From Gemmatimonadota bacterium (GTDB lineage Bacteria > Gemmatimonadota > Gemmatimonadetes > Longimicrobiales > Gaopeijiaceae), in NCBI GenBank assembly GCA_034521595.1, contig JAXHMG010000003.1:3039006-3103005 (forward strand): a stretch of DNA of 64,000 bases, read 5' to 3'. Shown here in pieces: positions 50,944-61,353 of the stretch; position 1 is the first letter of the stretch; every line of letters begins with the position of its first letter. The notes under the pieces were generated by a model, which was not told where the DNA came from, ran no database searches, and saw nothing but the letters and a program-made list of their open reading frames with translations. Made by a program: the position numbers and the translations under genes.

Positions 50944-51739
50944 AGAGAGGCCTTGCTCGGGCTTTCACTCCCGGCTGAGTTCAGGGCCGACCTGGAGTCC
51001 TTCCGGCTCCACCCCGCGCTGCTCGATAAGGCGACCGCCGGAGCCCAACACCTGTTCGAGGAGCTCGGCACCGGCGAGGGCGCCCTCGTGCCCGTCGGGT
51101 ACGGAGCGGTGCGGATGATGGGCGCCTTCCAGCCGGAGATGACCAGCCACGTCACGCTGAAGGAGATCGACGAGGCCGGAACCTTCGCCGGCTTCGACGT
51201 CCTCATCTACGACCGAGAGGGAGCCCCGCTGGCGGCGATCCGTGACTTCAGCATGATGCGGGTGACCCAGGAGTAGCTCTGCCATGCGCCGCCCTCGTCC
51301 AGGAAGCGAGCGAGGCGGTCGCGGGCTCCGAGACCCGTTTGCGGAGGTCGACGATTACGTGGCCCCACGCACCCCGACGGAGGAAGCCCTGGCCGTGATC
51401 TGGAAGGATCTCCTGGGGCTTGATCGGGTCAGCGTCCATGACAACTTTTTGGATGTCGGAGGACACTCGCTCGTGGGCATACGCGCCATCGCTCGGACCG
51501 AGAAGGAGACCGGCGTGTGCGCCTTAACGCGAATCAACTCACGCTACAGACGTTGGCTCAGCTCGCCGATGGCATCGAGAAGCAAGGCGGTGGCGCGGCT
51601 GCGGCGGACGGGTCACCGGAAGAGGCGCGGACCCCCGCCGAACCGGTGCCCGCGGGATCGGCGTCCGAGGACGACGAGTCAGCTTGCAGCGACGAGGGGC
51701 TCCCTGTCCCGCGTCGAGAAAGCCATCGTGGGACGATGA
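50944..51739 (+). repeat. Partial duplicate of PKS 3' region (DH end and carrier domain) with internal deletions and a premature TAG
   Basis: 50968-51273 nearly identical to 46159-46464; 51325-51739 matches 46938-47353. Confidence 0.85.
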
Positions 51740-52520
51740 ATCCATTTCTACTTCGGTCCTTCCGACCGGGCGCTGTACGGTGTGTTCAGCCAAGCGCGTG
51801 GCGCTGTCCCCCCTGCCTCGGGCGGTGCTGCTATGCTACCGCCGTGCTGGGCGAGTACCTGAGGGCGCACCAGGGCGCTCAGGCAGCTCGACCAACCTGC
51901 TGAATCGGGCGGGGGGCACCGTCAGCGCGCCGCGGTCCGACTGCGATCGTGGACCGGGGCGACTCGGCCGGACCGGGTGAGGATGCCCGCCTCGAGACCT
52001 GGGTCGACGATGTCGGTTGGGCTGCGGACGAGCTCCGGGACATGGTCGGAGTGGACGAGATCTCGGTCGTCGGGCTCCGGTTCGGTGCTGCGATCGCCGT
52101 GCTGGCTGCTCAGAGCCGGGCCGACGTACGTCGCTTGGTTCTCTGGGACCCGACCGTCTCGGGGGCGCGATTCATCTCGGAGGCAACGGGCGAGCAGGTC
52201 TTTCAAGGTGAGGAAACCGTAGGGGTGGAAGGGATTCCGCTGACGCCTGCACTCCGCTCGGAGATCGAGCAGGTCGATCTCCGGACACTGGACGGGGTAG
52301 CGGGGCGCGCGACCGATATCGTCGTTTCCGGGGGAGACGCGAGATGCACGAGGAATTCCAGCAGAAGCTGAAAGGTGCCGGTGAAGACGTAACCCTCGAA
52401 GTGGTGCCGTCGTCCGGAAGCTGGACCGAAGCTGACCCGTTCGGGTCGGCGTACATTCCCGAACAAATCATTCGAACGATCGTGGAACGAGTAAGCGAAT
52501 CCTCGGGAGTGACGTCATTG
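51736..52520 (+). pseudogene. Second, diverged copy of the GLRFG hydrolase, frameshifted
   Basis: WAADELRDMVG..VGLRFGA..LVLWDP..VPSSGSWTEADPFGSAYIPEQIIR. Confidence 0.72.
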
Positions 52521-53365
52521 AAGAGCGAGCTTTGACCTTCGGGCCCGAAGGCATCCTGGTCGGTGTCCTGACCGAGCCGGACCCCGACAAGGCCATTCCA
52601 AATGCGCCCGGACACCTCATCCTCAACTCCGGGATCCTGCATCGGGTCGGCGCGAGCCGCATCTATGTCCAGATCGCACGGGCACTTGCCGACCAGGGTT
52701 CACGACGCTTCGGTTCCAGCTTCTCCAGGAATCGGTGATCCCGGAACCAGGCGGGATTCCGTCGCCATCGAAGAGCGGTTCGTCCAGGAGACTCAGGAAG
52801 CGATGGACTATCTGTGTGTTTCGCGCGCGAAGGACATGCAGGCGGGGTTGGTGCTCGGGGGACCCGCTCCGGCGCAGACGGAGCGTTCTGGACCGCGCTG
52901 CAGCGGATGACCGGACGGTGGGGGTCTGGCAGATCGATCCCGTTCACGTCTTCCACTCCGGGGTACTACCTGCGTCGCTACGGGCCCAAGCTACTCGATC
53001 CCAGGGCGTGGCTCCATTCGATCCGGGTGCGACTGCCGGGGGCCAAGAATCAGCTCGAAGGGGGGTCGGAGGTGTTCGTGGAGCCGGAGTATCGAAGGGT
53101 CTCACCGCCGAAGAGGGTCGTGAGCGAGGGGCTCGCCCAACTACTCGAGCGGGGCGTGTCGCTGTACTTCTTCCTGAGCGGAGATTCCGGCGCGAACTTC
53201 CCGGGTCGGTACGCGGATCTCTTTCCGAGGATCGCGGCTCGACGACCGCGCGACCATCCGATTCGTGGCCTACGCCTCGCGCGCCGTCACGGTACTGGAG
53301 CACCAAGGCTTCGTGAGCGAGCGACTGGCCCAGTGGATGTCCGCGCACTGGCGTGGCGCCCGTGA
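52517..53365 (+). pseudogene. Second, full-length copy of the hydrolase 1-like gene, frameshifted
   Basis: LTFGPEGILVGVLTEP, ILNSGILHRVGASR, SGADGAFW, PKLLDPRAWLHSIRVRLP plus further C-terminus. Confidence 0.7.
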
Positions 53366-53428
53366 AGTGGCATCCACGAGCGCGCCGTAGTTCCCGTCAT
53401 TCGGCTACCGGTGTACTGCCTCGACACC

Positions 53429-53980
53429 CTACCCCTCCAGCGCCCGCGCCACCTCTTCCACGCACCGCTCGATCCGTCCGAAGGTGCGGTCGAACTCCTC
53501 GCGCGGCTTGCCCCAGGGATCGATGATGGCGCGCTTACCCGTCCACACCGGGTCGAAGTCGCCGAGCCGGAACACCCGTCCGGGCGGCATGCCGCCGAAG
53601 CGGCGGAGCCGGCGCACGTTGCCGCGGTCGAAGAGGAACACCACGTCCGTGGCCGCGAGGAGCTCCGGGGTGAGGGTCTTCGAGCAGTGGTCGGCGTGAT
53701 CGACGCCCCGCGCCCGGGCAACGTCCTGCGCGAGCTCGGGCGGCGCGCGGTCGGGGCCGATGAAGCCGGCGGAGTCCACCCGCACGCCCGGCAGCCGCTC
53801 GGCGAGCACGCGCGCGCCGTACGGGCTCCGGCAGACGTTGCCGAGGCAGAGGAAGAGCACGGACTCGGGCGCGAGCTCGGCCAGCCGGGTGGAGGCGCGT
53901 GCCTTGCGGCTGGGGTGCAGCTTACCGTCGAGCGCGTCACGGGCCGCGACGAGGCGGCTTCGGAGATGGTGGATGGGCAT
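53429..53980 (-). CDS. Low-molecular-weight protein tyrosine phosphatase (Wzb-like)
   Basis: P-loop FLCLGNVCRSP, VDSAG, IIDPW. Confidence 0.9.
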   Translation of the reverse strand: MPIHHLRSRLVAARDALDGKLHPSRKARASTRLAELAPESVLFLCLGNVCRSPYGARVLAERLPGVRVDSAGFIGPDRAPPELAQDVARARGVDHADHCSKTLTPELLAATDVVFLFDRGNVRRLRRFGGMPPGRVFRLGDFDPVWTGKRAIIDPWGKPREEFDRTFGRIERCVEEVARALEG

Positions 53981-54159
53981 GGCGGTTATTGTATAGAGGT
54001 TAGAGGAAATGGGGTACTCGGGCCTCGCTTAGGCTTCAGCTTCCGAAGTCCCCCCCCCGGCGCACGTTGAGGGATCCGTTCTCGACCCATCACCATTTTC
54101 TGACCACCGCACGGCGGACCCCGGCAGGACCGCCCGATCCCCTCAAAGGATGCTCCTTC

Positions 54160-55154
54160 GTGAACACGTCAGAGATGCTTTCGCAGCCACCTCGAAGAGG
54201 GGCGGCAATCATCATCCCGGCCCGCAATGAAGCGAAACATATCGGGAAGTGCTGAGGGCTTGTCCAGGCTCCAGTACTCCGCCGGCGAGGTGAAATGGGT
54301 CGTCGTGGACAACGGCTCCACGGACCGGACTCCGGAGATCGCGAAAGCTGGGGGAGCGAGGGTTCTGTACAGCGATGCACCGCGAGTGGGGGGTGTGAGG
54401 AACGCGGGCGTCAAAGCGTCGGATGGGGCGATCGTGGGCTTCCTGGACGCGGACTGCGTCGTGTCCTCCGAGTGGCTTCCGGGGCCGGGAGCGCGCGCGC
54501 TGGCTGACGATTCGGTCGGCGCTGTGGGAGGAGTGTACCTGGAGAACCCCTCCTAAATCGGGTGGAGCGTGCCTGGCCGGCGCCACCGCCCCACGAGCCT
54601 GCGGAAGTGCGGGACCTCCCGGCGGGAGTATCCTGACGCGGAGGGACGTGTTCGAAGAGGTCGGAGGGTTCGACGAGAGCTTGTCCGCCGGGGAAGACGA
54701 CGATCTCTGCCCGGAGGGTGCGGGAGGCCGGCTACCGGGTCCCCTGTTCTTCCGGAGTGTCATGTGATCCACCTAGGGTATCCGTCGACGCTCCGTGGGA
54801 TCGCCCGTCGTCAGGTCTGGCACGGTTCCAACCAACTGGACGTGGCCAACTCCATATTCGAGATCCAACTGCTCCTCGCGCACGTGTTCCTCGTCGGCGT
54901 CGTGCTCATCGGGCTGGCGATCTTTACCGCTCCATGGGGGATCATTTCCGGGTTGGTGCTCCTACTGCTACCGGCGGTTGCGCTCGGCGGCCCGGTAAGC
55001 GATGGGCCGACCCGAGGCGGCTCGCCGACGCTTCGCCCAGTTGATTCTGATCGGGTTGTTCTTCTATGCGGGACGGGCGATCGGGCTCGTCAAGAATTAC
55101 ACCCGCCGGCTTACCGGAGGTCTGGCTGCTGGGGGCGCCGCGCAGTCGCCCTGA
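54160..55154 (+). pseudogene. Glycosyltransferase family 2, frameshifted
   Basis: IIIPARNE, VVDNGSTDRT, RNAG, FLDADC, VGGFDE..GEDDDLC across frames. Confidence 0.78.
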
Positions 55155-55391
55155 CCACTGGAACAGGACGCCGACCCACCGAGCCGAAGGGGGGGACGCA
55201 ATCCGAGTCGTCGCCAGCTCAGGCGCGTGACAGCTTGTTTCGGATCGTGGTCCTGACGAGCTCCAGGAGCACTTGGGGAGGGAATCGGTGGATCCGGGCC
55301 AGGGTGTACCGATAGAGGTGGCGCCGCTGGACTCTCAACTGACGCGCGTACTCGGACTCGTATCTCGTCGTCCGCATAAGTTTCCAAAACG

Positions 55392-56313
55392 TCATCCGAA
55401 AGAACGGGCATCTCGGATGGATCGGGTGCCGGGAGGTAGTCCTTTCCGATCATGAACGACTGTTGTAGCCGCTACCACCGCGACTTCTGCACCCAGTTGG
55501 CAGGTCAGCATCGCTGACCGTCTCATGGCGGGAAGCCAGAGCTGGTTGCTTACGAAGTTGCCGCCGAGGCTGAACGCGACCACCCCGTCGGGCCATTCGG
55601 ACGACGGGCCTCCGGGACGTGGGGATGGTGGCCGAGTATCACGCTGGCTCCTGCTTCAACAAGCGATCGCGCCAGGTGCTTCTCTTGTTCCGATGGTTTC
55701 GGGACGAATTCCAGTCCCCAGTGAAGGGAGACGATTACATGGTCCACTTCGGACGCGAGTCGGGCGACACGTCCCCCCGGATCTGCTTCGGGGACCCGCG
55801 AGCGAACAAGATGTCATGCGATCCGTATTGGGGCAGGTCTGAGGTTGTACGCCAGGAATCCGTGGGAGCCGGCTTCCGCTGCACCGACGGTCTCAGGTCG
55901 GGCGCACCAGGGCGGGTTCCCCGGAAGCCCGCATGTTCGGATTCCCGCGCTGGATAGGGCATCGAACGTATCTTCAAACGCTGCCCGGACCCACGCTGTA
56001 TCGGCATGATTATCGGCCGCGCTCAGGATCGTGAACCCGGCGTCCGCCAATCCGCGGGCTAGAACGGGATCTCCTCTCGATCTGATCCCGATGACGCACG
56101 CGCCGTTCGGTTCGATCGGGGGGAGAGCACCGTTTCGAGGTTCCCGAAGACGAGGTCCGCGCCCGAGAGGATATGCTCTGAGGCGCGGGAGCGGATCCGG
56201 TCGTCCCCATCCGTAGCGGCTGCAAATCCAAATCCCACCGTCGTGGTGGTGTCCCCAAGCATCAGGTCCCCTACGGCTACGAGCCGGGTGGACGGGGTGA
56301 GGGAAGCCGTCAC
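55392..56313 (-). pseudogene. CapA/PgsA family metallophosphoesterase, frameshifted; 3' end uncertain
   Basis: AVGDLMLG, GNLET, SAADNH, VSLHWGLEF, AGASVILGHHPHV, FSLG.NF. Confidence 0.75.
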
Positions 56314-57713
56314 TTCTCTCTCCCCCGCTGGGCCATCCAGTCGTTCCGGACCAACCGAAGCTTGCCCGACGGCGCACGCTCCACTTCATCGACCCGCCGC
56401 ACATCGGCCCGCATCCCCTCGAGTCGATCCGCCACGAACCGCTGCACCGTCTGCTCGAGCTCCTCCGAGGAGTCGGTGCTTCTGCGACGAGACGGATTTC
56501 GAGGCCGGTCGGCGTGGGTCTGCACAATCTGGAATTGGTCGAACCCCCCCGACCTCCCGGTGGAGATCCGCGAGGAGATACTTGGCGCGGGTACCATGCC
56601 AACGGCGTCCCGCTGGCGTTTCGATCATGTCGTATACCCCGGCCCCGAACCTTCTCCAGCGTGGGCCGCGGACGACCGCAGGGGCAGCGTTCCGGGCCTG
56701 CCGTGGCGGAGTCCCGGATGCGGTAGCGAATCGAGGGGCATGGAGAGGTTGTTGAGGTCGGTGACGACCACCTCCCCGTCCTCGCCGGGTCCGACCCGGC
56801 GACCGTCCTCGCCCAGGATCTCCACGAAGACGCTCTCCGAACATCACATGGAGGAGTCCCTCCTCGCAGGAGTAGGCGATGGCTCCGGTTTCGCCGCAGC
56901 CATATTCGGTCTGGACCAGGCGCGCCGAACACCTCGACGAGGCGCTTGCGCGTTGGCGTTCGTCCAGGGGCACCTGGCCAGTACACACGATGGATTCGCA
57001 GGCCCAGAGCCGTTCCGTCGATGCCTTCTGCGGACAGAAACTCCGCGAATAGATCGAGGAACGACGTGTAGCCATACAGCCAGCGGGGCTGGAAGCGTCG
57101 GCACTGGTTCCAATACCGTCGCAGATCTTCCGGCTCGAGATTAACGAATGCGCTGAAACGGATGCGTCGCAGTCCGCGAGATTCGACATTGAGGAGCGCA
57201 ACCTTCCCTTTCGCGTGAGCGGGGTGCCCCAGAATTGGCCGACCCGGACTGGCCGGGCTCGACGCCGAACCATCCGATACGCTGAGCCAGGAGACAGCGC
57301 GCTCCCATCGACAGGCCCTTCGCGTCTTTCGGACTTCTGCCGGCTCTGCGGGTGGATCCGCCGGTTCGGCTTCGCTGAGGTGCGTCCTGGAGCGGTCGTT
57401 CGAAGCTGGTCAGCGTGGTGCTGCCAGCGCGCGCTTCTTCGAGGAGCGGCAGGGTGGAGAGCCGTTCGATGGGGGTCTCCTTCGGATGCACCCATCTCCT
57501 CCCAGATATCACGGTAGAGCGGCGGCGCACGCTCCGCCTGTTTCCGGGAGCTCGCGGGAGCGCGTCCGCTGGCGCTCCCCTCAGGTTCTCCGGCGAGGCG
57601 GTCACCTCGAAGCTCCCTGAGCTGCGCGGAGGCGCTGGAGCACTCCAGTCTCACCGCGCCATGCAAGTGCGGCCCTGATAGACGGTTCTGGCGTAAAGGC
57701 TGTTCAGCGACAT
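56310..57713 (-). pseudogene. Phenylacetate-CoA ligase/CapK-like adenylate-forming enzyme, frameshifted
   Basis: TGGST, EYGCGETGAIAYSC, GEVVVTDLNNLSMP, IRYRI, PSGKLRLV. Confidence 0.72.
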
Positions 57714-58127
57714 CCACACCTTCCTGGTCCAGGCCACGGTCTCAACGACCCGCTCCCGGAGCATTCCTCTGCGGCTCCGCTCGCCGAGGAGGACGGTAGT
57801 GGTGGCCTCGGGGCCTGGGAAGGGGGAAGGTTCGGCGGCAGCGCCAGAAGGGTGGTGAGGAGAGGCGCTCCAGCGCTGAGTCTATCTGCGGAGCCGGTCG
57901 CATCGAACAGTCGGATCAGCAGACTGTCGCGTAACCTAGCGGATGACCGGCGCAACCTATACGATGGACGTCCGAATCGGTTTGACAACGCCCACCACGT
58001 GATCGAGACTCGGCTCAGCGACCACCCCCCCTGCTTCTTCGCGGGCAGGGTGCGAGCCCGGTACCTGCAAGGGTATCGGGCTCAGCTTTTTTCGCCCTCG
58101 CGATGGGTCAGGGGAGGAGGGTAGGCC

Positions 58128-58967
58128 ATGACCGCACACCACTTCACCGTCGACGTCGAGGAGTACTTCCACCCCACGGCGCTCGCACCGCATTACCCCA
58201 TGGACATCTGGGACGGCCTCGAGCGGCGCTCGCCCGGGGTGATCGACCGGCTGCTGGAGTTCCTCGAGGACCGGGACGTGCTCGGGACCTTCTTCGTCGT
58301 CGGGTGGCTGGCCGAGCGCGAGCCGGAGATGGTGAAGCGGATCGCGCGGGCCGGGCACGAGGTCGCCTCGCACAGTTGGGAGCACGAGCTCGTGGGCCGG
58401 CTCGGACCTGACGGGTTCCGCGACTCGCTGCGGCGGAGCAAGGACGTGCTGGAGACGCTGAGCGGCGCGCCCGTGCTGGGCTACCGCGCGCCGAGCTTCT
58501 CGATCGTGCCGGGGCTCGAGTGGGCGTTCGACGTGCTGCTCGAAGAGGGCTACCGCTACGACGCGAGCCTCTTCCCGGTCTCGCAGCACCCCACGTACGG
58601 CTATCCGGACGCCGAGCCCGATCCCTACTGGGTGGAGCGGCCGTCCGGGCGGCTGGCGGAGTTCCCGGCCACGACGGCCCGCCTTCTGGGCCAGACGCTG
58701 CCGGCGTCGGGGGGCGCATACTTCCGGGTGCTCCCGTACGGGCTCGTCCGCCGGGGGCTCCGGCAGGCCGGCGCACGCCGCGCTCCGGGCATGTTCTACA
58801 TCCACCCCTGGGAGATGGACGACTGGGTGCCCGACGTGGACGCGCCCCGGCTCCAGATGGTGCGCACGTTCGCCGGACGCAGGCGCACGTGGCGCCGCCT
58901 CGACCGGATGTTCGGGGACTTCGCGTTCAGGCCGATCCGGACGACGTTGGAGGAGATGCCCGGGTAG
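58128..58967 (+). CDS. XrtA/PEP-CTERM system polysaccharide deacetylase (DUF3473)
   Basis: FTVDVEEYF, TFFVVGW, HEVASHS, GYRAPSFS, GGAYFR, YIHPWE. Confidence 0.9.
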   Translation: MTAHHFTVDVEEYFHPTALAPHYPMDIWDGLERRSPGVIDRLLEFLEDRDVLGTFFVVGWLAEREPEMVKRIARAGHEVASHSWEHELVGRLGPDGFRDSLRRSKDVLETLSGAPVLGYRAPSFSIVPGLEWAFDVLLEEGYRYDASLFPVSQHPTYGYPDAEPDPYWVERPSGRLAEFPATTARLLGQTLPASGGAYFRVLPYGLVRRGLRQAGARRAPGMFYIHPWEMDDWVPDVDAPRLQMVRTFAGRRRTWRRLDRMFGDFAFRPIRTTLEEMPG

Positions 58968-60207
58968 CGAGCTCGTCGCCGGCCCACCGGAGCGCCCACG
59001 CGGCGGCGTAGCCGAGGGCCAGCCCGCTCAGGGCGCCGAAGGGCTCGAGCAGCCAGTCGAAGCTCAGGCGGGTCGACGCCACCGCGAACGCGATGAGGCC
59101 GGAGGCGACGGCCGCGTTGAGCACCGCGCCGCGGGCCGAGGGCGCCAGGAGCCCGAGCGGGAGGAAGAGGGTGAAGAGGACGCCGAAGTCCGCGAGCGCC
59201 CGCATCCACCGGGGCGCGCTCGCGGGATAGAGGAGGAGGCTCCAGAGCCGTCCCGTCGTGAACCCGAGCCCGCAGACCTCGCGCTCGTCCACCGCCAGGC
59301 AGCGGTCGGATCCGGCGCGCCGCGCCGACACCCGCATGGTGTCGCCTTCCGCGACAGGGGCGAGGATGTCCCATGCGACGAGCTCGGGCCGGTCGAGGTG
59401 CCAGTCCTGGGCCCGCAGCCGCTCCCGGAGCAGGAGGTGCTCCCGGTACGCACCGAGGTAGAGGATCTCGTCCTGCCGTCCGTCGTAGATGCTGAGCACG
59501 GAGGTGATCCAGCCGGGGCGCGGGCCCTTTTCGACGGTCCCGACGAGCGTCCAGTCGTCGCGCATCGCTTCGCGGGCGCGTAGTGAGTCCGGGAGCTTGC
59601 CGCTCGGGAACGGGTGTCCGTTGAACCGCGCGTCGAGGACCGTGCCCGGGTAGCGCGTGCCCGGTCCGAAGTACGGCGTCCACTGCCCCCAGTACGCCTC
59701 GTCGGTGGGGGAGGGGGCCACGAGCCACCCGCCGAGGAGGACCAGCCCTCCGGCCACCACCGCGGCGGCGGTCCCGACGGCGGGCCCGGGACGCGCGCCG
59801 CGGCCGAGCGCCGCGAGCAGCGTGTACAGGAGGGCGCCCGCCAGCGCACCGGATCCGTTCGCCACGAGGTCGGCGAGGGTCGAGAAGCGGCCGGGCAGGA
59901 ACAGTTGGGCCATCTCGATGCCCGCGGACAGCCCGGCGCCGAGCAGGAAGGTGCGCCACACCCCCAGCCGGCGGGCCGCGAGCAGCCCGAGCGGCACGAA
60001 CATCGCCACGTTGAGCAGGAGGTCGGCGCCGCCCCGGTCCCCGCAGAGCAGGCACCACATGAACGGCTCGGGCCCCGGCCGCCGGAAGCTCGGCGTCGGG
60101 GTGAGCGTGACGAGATAGAGGGTGGGGAACCAGAGGTACGCGAGCGCCCTCGGCCAGTACTCGTGGCCGATCGCGAGGAGCCTCGGGAGCGTGCGGGGTT
60201 CGGGCAT
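58927..60207 (-). CDS. VanZ-family membrane protein with extracytoplasmic beta domain
   Basis: DLLLNVAMFVPLG, IEMAQLFLPGRFSTLADLVANGSG. Confidence 0.78.
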   Translation of the reverse strand: MPEPRTLPRLLAIGHEYWPRALAYLWFPTLYLVTLTPTPSFRRPGPEPFMWCLLCGDRGGADLLLNVAMFVPLGLLAARRLGVWRTFLLGAGLSAGIEMAQLFLPGRFSTLADLVANGSGALAGALLYTLLAALGRGARPGPAVGTAAAVVAGGLVLLGGWLVAPSPTDEAYWGQWTPYFGPGTRYPGTVLDARFNGHPFPSGKLPDSLRAREAMRDDWTLVGTVEKGPRPGWITSVLSIYDGRQDEILYLGAYREHLLLRERLRAQDWHLDRPELVAWDILAPVAEGDTMRVSARRAGSDRCLAVDEREVCGLGFTTGRLWSLLLYPASAPRWMRALADFGVLFTLFLPLGLLAPSARGAVLNAAVASGLIAFAVASTRLSFDWLLEPFGALSGLALGYAAAWALRWAGDELATRASPPTSSGSA

Positions 60208-60240
60208 GAACGTCTTGTCGGTGGGTCCGCTCCGGCTAGG

Positions 60241-61353
60241 TTGGAGACGCGCGGAACCCGATGGACCATCCTCAAGCGCGGGAGCACTACGATCCACGCC
60301 TCGGCCCCTTCGAGCAACGGCGACCCCTCGCTCTCCGTCACGCCCTTCAGCGGATCGGCCGCCGAATGGGACGCGGTCGTCGGGACGTTGGAGGGGAGCA
60401 CGTTCTGCCACCTGGCCGGATGGCGCCCCGTCATGGAGGACGCGCTGGGCCACGAAGCCTGGTGGTGGTCGGCGGTGGACGAGGCGGGCGCCTGCCACGG
60501 GGTCTTGCCGCTCGTGCGGGTGAAGAGCCTGCTGTTCGGCGACTACCTGCTCTCGATGCCGTTCCTGAGCTACGGAGGACCGATCGGCTCCGAAGCAGCG
60601 CGCGGCGCGCTGGCCGAGCACGCCGTGGCGGAGGCCGGGCGTCTGGGCGTCGACCTGCTCGAGCTGCGCGACCGGCGCCCCGTCCCCGGCGAGCTCGCCA
60701 CCTCGGAGCGCAAGATCACCGTGCTCAAGGCGCTTCCGGACTCGACCGACGCGCTCTGGGAGGACGGGCTCAAGGCGAAGGTCCGCAGCCAGGTGCGCAA
60801 GCCCATGAAGGAGGGGCTCGAGGCCCGGACCGGCCCGGACTTCGTCGACGCCTTCTACGACATCTTCGCCGTCACCATGCGCGACCTGGGCACGCCGGTG
60901 CTGCCCAAGCGGTTCTTCGAGGCCCTCGGCGAGCACCTCGGCGAGCACCTGATCTACTGCGTCGTGGAGCACGAGGGCACGCCCGTCGCGGCCGGCTGCG
61001 GGTTCCTGTGGAACGGCGAGTTCGAGATCACCTGGGCGGGCGCGCTCCGCGAATACAACCGCATGGCGCCGAACATGCTGCTCTACTGGGCGCTGATGGA
61101 GGAGTCGGTCCGGAGGGGGGCGGACACGTTCAACTTCGGGCGCTGCACGCCGGGCTCCGGGACGCACCGGTTCAAGAAGCAGTGGGGCACGGAGGACCAT
61201 CCGTTGCCGTGGGCCCAGTGGTCGCCCGACGGCGTCGCGGCCACCCCGAACCCCGAGAGCGCCAAGTTCCGGCTGGCCACGCAGGTGTGGCAGAAGCTCC
61301 CGGTCGGGGTGACGAACGCGGTGGGGCCGGTGCTGGCGCGGTCCCTGCCGTGA
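60241..61353 (+). CDS. FemAB-family XrtA/PEP-CTERM system-associated protein (GNAT); start uncertain
   Basis: GVLPL..SLLFG..SMPFLSYGG, LELR, MRDLGTP, PNMLLYW, FNFGR, FKKQWG. Confidence 0.85.
   Translation: METRGTRWTILKRGSTTIHASAPSSNGDPSLSVTPFSGSAAEWDAVVGTLEGSTFCHLAGWRPVMEDALGHEAWWWSAVDEAGACHGVLPLVRVKSLLFGDYLLSMPFLSYGGPIGSEAARGALAEHAVAEAGRLGVDLLELRDRRPVPGELATSERKITVLKALPDSTDALWEDGLKAKVRSQVRKPMKEGLEARTGPDFVDAFYDIFAVTMRDLGTPVLPKRFFEALGEHLGEHLIYCVVEHEGTPVAAGCGFLWNGEFEITWAGALREYNRMAPNMLLYWALMEESVRRGADTFNFGRCTPGSGTHRFKKQWGTEDHPLPWAQWSPDGVAATPNPESAKFRLATQVWQKLPVGVTNAVGPVLARSLP

Noticed and set aside
51274-51276. In-frame TAG as possible recoded stop (pyrrolysine or readthrough)
   Set aside because: The other copy has CAG and the downstream sequence is deleted; simple mutation or error
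36000-53500. Integrase or transposase for the putative island
   Set aside because: No recombinase or transposase motifs recognised, so no mobile element is called
58053-58069. Sigma-54-like box before the deacetylase
   Set aside because: Has AG instead of the invariant GG at -24
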